Made by a program: the position numbers and the translations under genes. A stretch of DNA of 44,301 nt from positions 1 through 44,301 of the IMG/VR virus record IMGVR_UViG_3300031965_000060. One strand, given 5' to 3'. The stretch comes from a virus (Duplodnaviria > Caudoviricetes). Below the pieces are notes generated by a model, which was not told the DNA's origin, did not search any database, and worked only from the letters and a program-made list of their open reading frames with translations. Shown in pieces: positions 36,035 through 44,256 of the stretch; positions within the stretch are counted from its first letter, which is position 1, and every line of letters begins with the position of its first letter.

Positions 36035-36201
36035 TGGTCGGCGACTTCTGGCGAACCAACGAATTCACACCAAGCGGCGAAGTCTTCTGGCGGAAAGATC
36101 CAAAGTGCAATTTGCATGGCTGGTTTCAAAAGTCGCCCGCGCGGCTGTCTACTTTCGCAGGCTGGCTGACTAGGCCAGCACCACGCGGGCGGGAGTCGGG
36201 A

Positions 36202-36606
36202 CTAGTCGAGGCCGGGGACTTCGCAGCCAATCATGCTGGCGACGTGCGGGTATTTCGCGCCGAACTCGGCGAGAATGTAATAGTCTTCGTGGTCAAGCTG
36301 GCCATCAGGCCCGCCTTCGTCTGGGTCCAAGGAAATCAGCATCGCCTCTCGCAGCTTGCGGAAGTCTTGCAGGCTGATCGGCTCGGCAGTGAAATCCCAC
36401 TGTCCGCCCAGCTTCACGCCGGTCACGATCGACCCTGCTTCCAATTGCTTGCCGGAAAGGCAATCCTTGGCAGCGAACCGCAAAGCAAACTGACCCTTAC
36501 CAAGAGTCGGAGTCTTGGGGGCTGGGGCAACGGCTGGCTTGGCAACAACCGCTGGCTTCACTTCCTTCTCTTTGTCTGTCAGATTTTCGCGCTGCATCAT
36601 ACCCAT
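36202..36606 (-). CDS. Hypothetical protein
   Basis: 134 aa, starts at the ATG of promoter repeat copy 2; Lys/Pro/Ala-rich N-terminus. Confidence 0.75.
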   Translation of the reverse strand: MGMMQRENLTDKEKEVKPAVVAKPAVAPAPKTPTLGKGQFALRFAAKDCLSGKQLEAGSIVTGVKLGGQWDFTAEPISLQDFRKLREAMLISLDPDEGGPDGQLDHEDYYILAEFGAKYPHVASMIGCEVPGLD

Positions 36607-36774
36607 CGTTCTTTTCCTTGGTTTGGCGTGTCGGGACTTGTTGTACTTCGGTCGATTCTAACCGCTAGCGTTAAACACGCAAGGGAAAAACGGGGAGAAT
36701 TCCGGGAATTTTTGCCCGTGCGGAGGTTGCGCGGGTCCGTGGCCCCGTAAGTCCTTTGCGGACAAGGGCTTGCG
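36604..36774 (-). promoter_or_regulatory. 171-bp promoter/leader repeat, copy 2
   Basis: Colinear with copy 1 at offset 740; ATG-proximal 63 bp are 60/63 identical; TTGCGT-16-TAGAAT; 11-7-11 site 36746-36774. Confidence 0.85.
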
Positions 36775-36808
36775 GGGTCTGCGGAGGCCCCAAGTTTTTT
36801 CTGGAAAA

Positions 36809-38155
36809 CTAGACCGGAGGCGGCCCGCAGACGATGTGGGTGTGTGGATCGCTCCCGCCGCCGCGGCCGAAACGCCGGAGGTGTCCCGCCGCCCGAAGGT
36901 CGGCCAGCGCGCGGGTGACCATCGACGACGAGCGGCCGGTTTTGCGCGCGATGAGAGCGACCGTCGCGCCGGGGAGGGTGGCAACGATCGCATAGACGGC
37001 CTTGGGGGTTTCACCCCAACTGTAGATTTCCGGTTTCGCCGAAGCGTACGCTTCGGCGCGCTCCCGATCCATCGCGGGTCCGACGTATTGAAAGTTGCCC
37101 GTGATCCGCTTCGTCGAATCGTTGTACCTCGACTTGATCGATCCTCGGTAGCCGTTCGGATGCGTCATGCCGTGTCGTCGCCGATGCCACGTTCGCGACG
37201 CGGATCGGTAGCGGATCATCGCCGGATGCGACGTCGTTGAAAACGCCCGGCCGCCCAGGCCGCAATAGATCGACGCGACAAATTCACTCAACCGATTTCC
37301 GATCCCGACTCCTTGATAATCCGGCAGCGTCACCGTTCGATGCTCGCGCACGTCGCCCGTTCGGTAGTTGCTTCGCATGTAATTGACCCACGCGCTAAAT
37401 GCGACGGGGGTTTCGCCCCAGAACGCCGCGAAGCATTGCGCGTTCTTTCCGATATAGGCGCTCAAATAATGATGGCGGCTGAAGAGAACCCACGCGCTGC
37501 GGTGGACCGGAGCGACCGCAAGGTCGATGGTTGGTCGCCGAAGCGACCCCCTTGCAAGCTGGCAGCTTGCCATATCGAGCGTCCAATCCGGCTGGAGCCA
37601 GTCGAGGATGTCGTAGTGGCACGTGACGGCGACAAATCGCTTGGCGATCCGATTTTTGCGGATCGACTTCGACACGGCCGCGGATCCGATTTTCGCGACG
37701 GTCCGGTCGACGACACTCGTGTATTCGTCGAAGGCGACGATCGGCGCGTCCGTCAGCAGCGATCGGACCAGGTTGCACCGGAACTGCTCGCCGCCCGAGA
37801 GGACGGCGTACGGCTTGCACCAGGAGGGCGGCGACGAAAACCCGACGGACGATAGGAGGTGTGTGAGTTCTTTGATTGATACGTCGCCGAAACAATCGAC
37901 GACGGCCCGATCCTTGGGCCACGCGGCGCCGGTGTAAAGCTGCTTGCCGTACACGTGCCGCGCCACCGACGATTTCCCGCTGCCGGAGGGACCGACGATC
38001 GCCCCGATGCGCCACTCTTCCGAAGCGTCGGGCACGTCGACCGTAAATTGTTCGGTCAGTTTGTCCGCCAGCGGCACGTCGAATAGGCCCGCGACCTGGG
38101 CGACGCGGAACGATTCATGGACCGGGCATTGCAGTGTGATGTCGACGCGGGCCAT
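36809..38155 (-). CDS. ABC-type ATPase-GNAT acetyltransferase-HTH fusion
   Basis: Walker A GPSGSGKS, signature LSGGE, Walker B IVAFDEY, H-loop VTCH; HHYL; acetyl-CoA motif LPDYQGVGIG; C-terminal HTH ATVALIARKTGRSSSMVTRALADL. Confidence 0.9.
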   Translation of the reverse strand: MARVDITLQCPVHESFRVAQVAGLFDVPLADKLTEQFTVDVPDASEEWRIGAIVGPSGSGKSSVARHVYGKQLYTGAAWPKDRAVVDCFGDVSIKELTHLLSSVGFSSPPSWCKPYAVLSGGEQFRCNLVRSLLTDAPIVAFDEYTSVVDRTVAKIGSAAVSKSIRKNRIAKRFVAVTCHYDILDWLQPDWTLDMASCQLARGSLRRPTIDLAVAPVHRSAWVLFSRHHYLSAYIGKNAQCFAAFWGETPVAFSAWVNYMRSNYRTGDVREHRTVTLPDYQGVGIGNRLSEFVASIYCGLGGRAFSTTSHPAMIRYRSASRTWHRRRHGMTHPNGYRGSIKSRYNDSTKRITGNFQYVGPAMDRERAEAYASAKPEIYSWGETPKAVYAIVATLPGATVALIARKTGRSSSMVTRALADLRAAGHLRRFGRGGGSDPHTHIVCGPPPV

Positions 38156-38158
38156 TCG

Positions 38159-38344
38159 TCAGGTCTCGCAGGCTTGACGCTTGGTGAATGGGATTCGCTC
38201 GTCGTAGATCGTTTGGATGTTCGGATCGGTGAGGTAGCCGGACTCGCGCATTTCGCGATGAACCTCGACGATGCAGTAATCGCAAAATCGATAACCCAGC
38301 GCGGCGAACCCGCGGCACCGCGCGCAACGCAACGCCCGGTTCAC
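38159..38344 (-). CDS. Small zinc-finger protein
   Basis: CARC...CDYC; GTGA overlap with upstream stop (alternative ATG 38362). Confidence 0.6.
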   Translation of the reverse strand: MNRALRCARCRGFAALGYRFCDYCIVEVHREMRESGYLTDPNIQTIYDERIPFTKRQACET

Positions 38345-39390
38345 GTCGTCAGGACGCGGCATGTGTAACCCTCGCTCGTGAGACGCTCGTACAACGTCTC
38401 CTGATCGGCCTGGTCTCGGCAATCGACGACAACGGCGAAATCTTCGGGGACGTGCTGCTCCTCGGCCGCCGCCTCTTCGTCTTCTTCGCCGCCGGCTGCC
38501 AACTCATCCAATAATAGATCGTCATACAACTCCCGGGAGGTGGCTTCAACCAGGGCGATCGCCTCGGCCAAGCGCTCGTCATCCCACGCCGCGAGTTCCG
38601 CCGTCCGATTGTCGGCCAGCGCGTACCCGGTTTGCGTCGTCTCGTCATCCTCGACCCAGACGGCCGCGATGTGCGTATGGCCGAGTTGGTGCGCGGCAAC
38701 GAGTGTGCCGTTGCCCGCTTCGACCTGGTTGTTCGCGCGGTTGACGACGATCGGTTTTCGCTGGCCGAATTGCGCGAGCGACGTCTTGATCGCCTGGATG
38801 TTCGGATCGTCGTGCGTTCGAGCGTTTTTCGGGTCTTGAGCAACGTCGGAAATCGCGATCGCCAGCGGACGGAGGTCGGGCGTAATCCACGCGAGCGCAT
38901 CGTCGGCCGGCGGCGCCTTGGGTTTTGGCTTGCGCTTCGGAGTTTTTTTCTTCGACGGCTTGGGACTGAGATGCGGATCCGGCTGTGACGTTGCCGGCGT
39001 CGGCGTCGTGACATCGTCGCGCACGACGCACAATTCAACGCGCGGGTCGAGCGCGTCGTGACCAAATTCGACAGGCAGCGGCGTTAGGTGTTCATCGTCG
39101 GCGATCACACCGGCGTCGAACAGGCCGTCCAAAGCGGCCTTGAGACTGGCGAGCGCGTTGTCTTTGTCGCGCCGCCGGCGGGTCGGCCAGAAAAACGTCG
39201 CCGTAACGGTCGCCTCGGGCCACGGCTCGTTCGCGCGGCCGCCCGCTTCGATCCATGCCGCGAGCGCGGCATGTTTCGCGTCCGACCGGTACGCTTTGAC
39301 CGCCGCGGCCTTCGTGCGCCAATGCGGCCGGCTATTCGGTTGCAGGTGCGTGTTCGGCAGCGGAAGCGTAATCGTGATGCGATGTTTCAT
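38341..39390 (-). CDS. RusA-like resolvase fused to ParB-like N-terminal domain
   Basis: RRRDKDN...KAALDGL..AGVIADD (RusA catalytic Asp pattern); Pro/Lys linker; PKNARTH...FGQRKPIVV...AGNGT...ADNRTAELAAWD (ParB-N); start 39390 ATGA-coupled. Confidence 0.85.
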   Translation of the reverse strand: MKHRITITLPLPNTHLQPNSRPHWRTKAAAVKAYRSDAKHAALAAWIEAGGRANEPWPEATVTATFFWPTRRRRDKDNALASLKAALDGLFDAGVIADDEHLTPLPVEFGHDALDPRVELCVVRDDVTTPTPATSQPDPHLSPKPSKKKTPKRKPKPKAPPADDALAWITPDLRPLAIAISDVAQDPKNARTHDDPNIQAIKTSLAQFGQRKPIVVNRANNQVEAGNGTLVAAHQLGHTHIAAVWVEDDETTQTGYALADNRTAELAAWDDERLAEAIALVEATSRELYDDLLLDELAAGGEEDEEAAAEEQHVPEDFAVVVDCRDQADQETLYERLTSEGYTCRVLTT

Positions 39391-39770
39391 TCGCGCTCGA
39401 TTCTTTCTTCTCTCGTGATGGACTCGAGGAGCCAGCGCACCGCGTCCTGACGTTGCGCGACGCGCCGGCCGTTCGCCATCCGCTCGCCGCACGCATCCAG
39501 CCCGCGAAAGAGTCGCTCGATCGTCTCCGCGCATTCGCGGTCGAGTCGGATGTCGACGCGACGAGAAACGTACGCGGGGCCGATGGGATCGGGCGCGATC
39601 GGAACGCGCACCACGATCGTCCGAACCGGCGCAGCCTGCGGCCGTTCGTCGGGTACCGGATCGTCGGCGGCAATAGGTTCCTGCGCCGGTTCGTCGGGTA
39701 CCGGATCGTCGGCAACGTCGGCGCTCCGCACCGTTCCGTTTTCGTTTGTGGTTTGTCTTCGCTTGGCCAT
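39387..39770 (-). CDS. Hypothetical protein with ribbon-helix-helix-like C-terminus
   Basis: AGGAGG SD; ADDPVPDE twice (25-bp repeat at 39644 and 39689); RRVDIRL...DAVRWLLE. Confidence 0.7.
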   Translation of the reverse strand: MAKRRQTTNENGTVRSADVADDPVPDEPAQEPIAADDPVPDERPQAAPVRTIVVRVPIAPDPIGPAYVSRRVDIRLDRECAETIERLFRGLDACGERMANGRRVAQRQDAVRWLLESITREERIERE

Positions 39771-39778
39771 GATGCCTC

Positions 39779-41839
39779 CTAGGTTTCGGATCGGTCCGTG
39801 ACAAAATAGGGTCGGCCGTCGTCGGTCTCGATCAGGTGTTCGACGATCGTTTCTTCGGGCGATTCTTCTGGTTGGGGCGTTTTCACCAGATCGCATCCGA
39901 GATAGTTTCCGAGAACGCACGCCATGTAATACGTATCGAGCCAGTGATTGTTTCGGCTCACGACCTCCCAGTGCAAGACCGTTCCCTTGCCCGGTTCGAA
40001 CACTTCCACCTGCCGCTCGGCTGTCAGGTGTTTTGAGAGCTTCAAATGCTCGCGGGGCATCGCCTGGTGCAACGTCATCGCGCCGGGTTCGATCGTCACC
40101 GGCTTCCCCCGCCGGCGAATCACTGGAACGCTGAAGCGCGCATGACCCCACGTCTTCCATTGGTCCGCGTCGGTTTCCAAAACACAAAGACCTTCGTCCG
40201 GCTGATGCACCAGGTGCCAGCCGGCGCCGATCAGAACGATCGTCGCGCTCTTTTTTTTCGGTTCGCGATAAATTTGCCGTTGCCGCTGGTTGCTCCCGCG
40301 GCCGATCATCGCGATGTTCCGATCGCGATCTTGGCCCCGCAAGAACTCTTTCACGTGCGGAGCCTGATACCCGATGTCGTAACCGACCAACTCCGGCGGG
40401 CGCTGCGTTCCGTCGGGCTGTAAAAATCCGGTGTCGCAAATCTCCGACCGAAACGTCTTGAGTCCGGCGACGACGGCGCGCTCGACGCCGAGCGAATCGG
40501 TCGGAATCTCAAACACCCCATATTGCACGATATGCCCGGTGCCGTCGAACAACCAAGCGATCGCCATCCAGTGCGCGAGATACTTTCCGAGGTCGACGGC
40601 GACCGTCACGACGTCCGTGCCGCTCGGGACGAGCCCGGCGGGCCGATCCGAAAGAACTCGCTCCATGATCCCCTCGGGCGTCAGCGGCGCGACGTCCCAA
40701 CGCGGCGGATGATAGGGCATCGCCCAAACGAACTGGCGCATTTCTTTCTCTGCGTTTTCTTCGTCGATCGAGCGCGAAGCCTTCCATTCATCCACGCCCA
40801 AATCGCCGGCGGTTGCGAAAAGATTGTTCGTCGCGCTCCACCGGAAGCCGAGTGTAAACGTCGCCGGTGCGTCGCCGGTGACGGTCCCTTGCGAGTCGAT
40901 CGACTGACCGCGATGTAACAGAACCGCCGCCAGATTGGCCTGCCGTCGCTCCGATTCGGTCCACGGGTGTTCGCACGCCGGGCAAACGAAGTGCGCGCGA
41001 TCCTCCGCTTCCATTTCCGATTCCGCCGTCTGCCAGCCGCGCAGGTGTTCGCGATCCGGGCATACGAACGTGTGGCAATGTTCGCACGGGAGCATGAGCC
41101 GGCTCGCCGTCCCCGCGAGGTAATTACGCCAAATCCAACCCTGCTCGATGGACGCCGTGCATTCCTTGTAGCTGATTCGGTGACGGCCGGAGAATGCCCG
41201 GAGTCGCCCCTCCAGTTGTTTGATTCGGTCGGCCTCGCGGCTCACTTCGCTCGATCGATCCATGCCGTCCGTTTCTGTCACGGCCAGGACGCGGCCGGTG
41301 AACCCGGCGACGGTCTTGTCGCTGCCGCCGGCGGTCATAAATCGGAGCGTCGAGCCGTTGGTAAATGTGAACGCGACCGACTCGCCGCCGCGGCTGCCGG
41401 CGCCCGTCTTTGGGAGCGCCGCGCGGAGGCGATGTGACGAATGAATGACTGGCAGAAAGTCCTCGCGCCATTTGTCCGACGCCATTTCGAGGTTGGGGAC
41501 ACCAACGACGACGGTCTCGCGATGCTCGAAAAGATGATACAGCACGGGGATGACGTAACAATGCAACGTCTTACCCGATTGCGTCGGCCCGACCGCGACG
41601 TGTTCGCGCCACCGGCGGCTTTCGATCGCCGAGAACCACTGGATCGCGTACGGTTGCCGGGCCGCGCGGAACGGCTCATCGCGGTACGGGCCGTTGGGAA
41701 CCGTGATCTCCGATTCGGCGAATTCACGCATCGAGCGCAGCCGCGGCGCGCGGGCGGATTGCAAGGCGTCGGTCCATTCGAATCGGACCGCCGCGCGGTT
41801 GCGGCGAGGAACGTAACGATCGATCGCGGTTGTCGTCAT
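39779..41839 (-). CDS. terL: Terminase large subunit (lambda gpA family)
   Basis: GPTQSGKT Walker A, PCEHC...CPAC zinc motif, VAVDLG nuclease motif, NHWLDT. Confidence 0.93.
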   Translation of the reverse strand: MTTTAIDRYVPRRNRAAVRFEWTDALQSARAPRLRSMREFAESEITVPNGPYRDEPFRAARQPYAIQWFSAIESRRWREHVAVGPTQSGKTLHCYVIPVLYHLFEHRETVVVGVPNLEMASDKWREDFLPVIHSSHRLRAALPKTGAGSRGGESVAFTFTNGSTLRFMTAGGSDKTVAGFTGRVLAVTETDGMDRSSEVSREADRIKQLEGRLRAFSGRHRISYKECTASIEQGWIWRNYLAGTASRLMLPCEHCHTFVCPDREHLRGWQTAESEMEAEDRAHFVCPACEHPWTESERRQANLAAVLLHRGQSIDSQGTVTGDAPATFTLGFRWSATNNLFATAGDLGVDEWKASRSIDEENAEKEMRQFVWAMPYHPPRWDVAPLTPEGIMERVLSDRPAGLVPSGTDVVTVAVDLGKYLAHWMAIAWLFDGTGHIVQYGVFEIPTDSLGVERAVVAGLKTFRSEICDTGFLQPDGTQRPPELVGYDIGYQAPHVKEFLRGQDRDRNIAMIGRGSNQRQRQIYREPKKKSATIVLIGAGWHLVHQPDEGLCVLETDADQWKTWGHARFSVPVIRRRGKPVTIEPGAMTLHQAMPREHLKLSKHLTAERQVEVFEPGKGTVLHWEVVSRNNHWLDTYYMACVLGNYLGCDLVKTPQPEESPEETIVEHLIETDDGRPYFVTDRSET

Positions 41840-41860
41840 AGGGTAGTCTGTTTTCGCGGC

Positions 41861-41935
41861 GTCATAGCCGGATCCGCAGCTCAGTCACATCGTGGATGCC
41901 GGCGGCGTCACGCGGCGGAAGCCGTCGAGTCACGG
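41861..41935. repeat. ~23-bp-phased GTCAC array between terS and terL
   Basis: GTCAT 41861, GTCAC 41884, 41907, 41929; shares CCGCAGCTCAGTCAC and GCCGTCGAGTCACGG with the 33.4 kb array. Confidence 0.8.
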
Positions 41936-42583
41936 CAGCTTCACGTGCTCGGCATCATCGGTCGGCTCGCTGAAATGATCCGCCAACGCGTGGACCGCCT
42001 TCGTCAGCGTTCGGTCGATGATTGCGTGGGCATCGTCGCCGCACTTGCGTTGTAACTGCTCGATTCCCTCTCGCATGATCGTCGAAAATCGACGCAGGCC
42101 GGCGCGAAAATCGTCGCGCCGGATCCACTGGTCCAAGTCGCGCTCGTACGCGAGCCACTCCCGCCGCGCCTTCGCCTCGCGGTATCGCTCCAGCGCCGGG
42201 CTGTCGACGCCCGTCATCAGCGCGTCGTCTTCGTCGCCCGCCGCGAGCAGGCGCGAATTGTCCGCCAAAAAATCGTGCAGCCAATGTAACAGCGACCCGA
42301 GGTCGATCGTCTTGCCGAGGACCGGCAAGCCGTAACGTCGCGCTTGCTCGTTCACCGTCCGAGCCTGCCGGCCGGACATTTCCAAATAGTGTTTTTTCGG
42401 CAGCGTGGCGTAATATGCCCACCGCCGTTCCTCCTCGAGCCCCCGCTCGCGCCGCCGGACGGCGGACAACTCGGCCGCCGTGAGCTTCCTGCCGCCGCGC
42501 CGCTTTTCCAATGCGCACTTGACCAGTTCGGCGTCGACCTGCTCGGCGACGGTCGCAGGCGGTCGATCGGGTCGCTTCGCCAT
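41930..42583 (-). CDS. terS: Terminase small subunit (Nu1-like)
   Basis: Upstream of terL; HTH-like MSGRQARTV...GLP...IDL...W, then ERYREAKARREWL coiled coil. Confidence 0.8.
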   Translation of the reverse strand: MAKRPDRPPATVAEQVDAELVKCALEKRRGGRKLTAAELSAVRRRERGLEEERRWAYYATLPKKHYLEMSGRQARTVNEQARRYGLPVLGKTIDLGSLLHWLHDFLADNSRLLAAGDEDDALMTGVDSPALERYREAKARREWLAYERDLDQWIRRDDFRAGLRRFSTIMREGIEQLQRKCGDDAHAIIDRTLTKAVHALADHFSEPTDDAEHVKLP

Positions 42584-42659
42584 CGCGTTTCATCGCAATC
42601 CCGGAATTTCGAAAACTTACTTACTCGCAAAATCACCCACCCCGCGCGCAAAAAATCGC

Positions 42660-42710
42660 CAAACAACCTGGCGGAGCCCGTGCCGGGAGGGCCTGGAAAG
42701 AACCTTTTAT
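42660..42710 (-). other. cos-like packaging site
   Basis: Non-coding gap before terS; minus AGGTTCTTTCC...CACGGGCTCCGCC resembles the lambda cosQ/cosN layout (GGGTCCTTTCC...TACGGGGCGGCG). Confidence 0.5.
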
Positions 42711-42745
42711 AGTTCTATTCTCCATCGCTCGTATGGGTCTATTCA

Positions 42746-43459
42746 TCAGGCGACCGGCCATTGCCGCCCGTCGCCGCCGTTGAAGAGCTTCGCGATTTCC
42801 TCGTCGGTCAGCGGGCGATTCCACAGTCCGACCGCGTCGATCAGCCCGTTAAAGAAGTGGGCACCGGCTCCCCCGGGGGTCACTCGCTTCGCGCCGATCG
42901 TGAAGTCGAGCCCGCTGTTGTCGATCGGCTCCGTGCCGCCGGCGTCCGACTCATCGACCCGAGTATCATCGACGAACATCGTCGTTACGCCCGTCACGAC
43001 ATTGTGCCGTGCGCACACAAACGCCCAAGTATCCACCCCGGCCGACTTCGAACCAGTTGTGGTAATGAAATTCGCGTCTCGATGATGGTCGACGCGGTAC
43101 AGATTTCCCGAGTTGAGCACGATGCCATACTCGATCAACGTATTATTCACCGGCCCTTTACAGACAACCGACTGCGTCGTAGCTAACGCACCCGGCATCA
43201 CCCACGCACTGAGCGTAAGGCTGCCGGTGATGGACAAAGCTGGCGTGCTGCTATGGGCGAGAAAATCGGCCGATCCGTCGCCGACCATCGCATCGCCGAT
43301 CTTTCCGGCGTCAAACGCGGTCGCACTGATGTTCGTCAGGTCATGCACGCCGAGCGCATCGGTCTCATCTTCGAGATTCCAAAACCCCACAAGTCCGTCC
43401 GTCAGACTGATCCGTCGATGCGCAAACGGAATTCCCAAACCAATCCCAATCGCCGTCAT
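42746..43459 (-). CDS. LamG/ConA-like jelly-roll protein, putative head-spike fibre
   Basis: GLVGFWNL...TLSAWV...W.FV...FNGLIDAVGLWNRPLT; N-terminal MTAIGIGLGI; ATGA-coupled start 43459. Confidence 0.85.
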   Translation of the reverse strand: MTAIGIGLGIPFAHRRISLTDGLVGFWNLEDETDALGVHDLTNISATAFDAGKIGDAMVGDGSADFLAHSSTPALSITGSLTLSAWVMPGALATTQSVVCKGPVNNTLIEYGIVLNSGNLYRVDHHRDANFITTTGSKSAGVDTWAFVCARHNVVTGVTTMFVDDTRVDESDAGGTEPIDNSGLDFTIGAKRVTPGGAGAHFFNGLIDAVGLWNRPLTDEEIAKLFNGGDGRQWPVA

Positions 43460-43806
43460 GTCACATCCTCCCCCTCTGGCGCAGATACTCCTGCTCCTAC
43501 ATGCCAACGCAATTCGCGAAACTCCGCCGCAACACGCTGCCGCCCCCGATTTTTCAGCCACCATTCGATCAACGCTTCAATCACCATCATCGCCACGCGA
43601 AGCGCAAACCACAGCCAAACCGAATCGAATTCCTCCCGCGCGTCGCTCACCAGCTGAAGCCGTACCAACTCTTCCTCCGGGCCGACGTAATGACGAGGCC
43701 ACGCTTCCAGACACGCCATGATCTGGCGACGAACACGAAGCCGGCTGACCTTCCGCAGCCGCGGCGTCTGCTCCAGTAGTTCGCGCTGTAAATCATCAAT
43801 CGTCAC
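43456..43806 (-). CDS. Hypothetical membrane-associated protein
   Basis: GGAG SD before GTG 43806; hydrophobic VWLWFALRVAMMVIEALIEWWL. Confidence 0.65.
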   Translation of the reverse strand: MTIDDLQRELLEQTPRLRKVSRLRVRRQIMACLEAWPRHYVGPEEELVRLQLVSDAREEFDSVWLWFALRVAMMVIEALIEWWLKNRGRQRVAAEFRELRWHVGAGVSAPEGEDVT

Positions 43807-43829
43807 GTGCTTACTCCGTATCTCACAAA

Positions 43830-43940
43830 ATGGCCGGCACCGCGACGGGTGAACGATGAACCCGCCGCGGCCCGGCCTCCCCAAACATGGCCGGCACCGC
43901 GACGGGTGAACGATGAACCCGCCGCGGCCCGGCCTCCCCA
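43830..43940. repeat. Two identical 54-bp hairpin units (57-bp period)
   Basis: 43830-43883 and 43887-43940; GGCCGG/CCGCG/CGGGT stems closing a GAACGATGA loop. Confidence 0.92.
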
Positions 43941-43955
43941 CATAATGTGTCAAAG

Positions 43956-43984
43956 TTCCGGACCGGCGGAATGCCGGCCCGGAA
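43956..43984 (-). terminator. Hairpin, possible weak terminator
   Basis: Minus TTCCGGGCCGGC-ATTCC-GCCGGTCCGGAA followed by CTTTG. Confidence 0.4.
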
Positions 43985-44037
43985 TGAGGTAATCCACAGT
44001 TCTTATTCAGGCTCTAAGTGCTGGGTGTGGCTTGACG

Positions 44038-44256
44038 TCAGTTGCACCCGCCCCGTTTCGGCACAACGATTCCGGGGCGGGCGCGCACAACCCATTTTGC
44101 CACCCGCATCGTGCGCCGAACCGGCTGAACTTTCGCCGCGACGCGAATCATCCGCTTCCCCGGAAACCATCGACACGCTTCCGCTTCCCGCGCCGTGCCG
44201 CCGAGAAACAACATCGCAACGCACGCCGCCGCCATCGCCAAAAACATCTTGCGCAT
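44038..44256 (-). CDS. Small basic secreted protein
   Basis: GGAGG SD; signal peptide MRKMFLAMAAACVAMLFLGG..AEA; Arg-rich mature part ending GGCN. Confidence 0.7.
   Translation of the reverse strand: MRKMFLAMAAACVAMLFLGGTAREAEACRWFPGKRMIRVAAKVQPVRRTMRVAKWVVRARPGIVVPKRGGCN

Noticed and set aside
36809-38155. ABC transporter subunit as an auxiliary metabolic gene
   Set aside because: No permease or binding protein; fused to GNAT and HTH, so likely a soluble non-transport ATPase
39644-39713. 25-bp direct repeat
   Set aside because: In-frame duplication (ADDPVPDE) in a disordered protein region; no sign of a DNA-level role
43807-43953. N-terminal GRPGRGGFIVHPSRCRP repeat of the 165-aa ORF
   Set aside because: Translation of the DNA hairpin repeat; a better start is GTG 43806 with a GGAG SD
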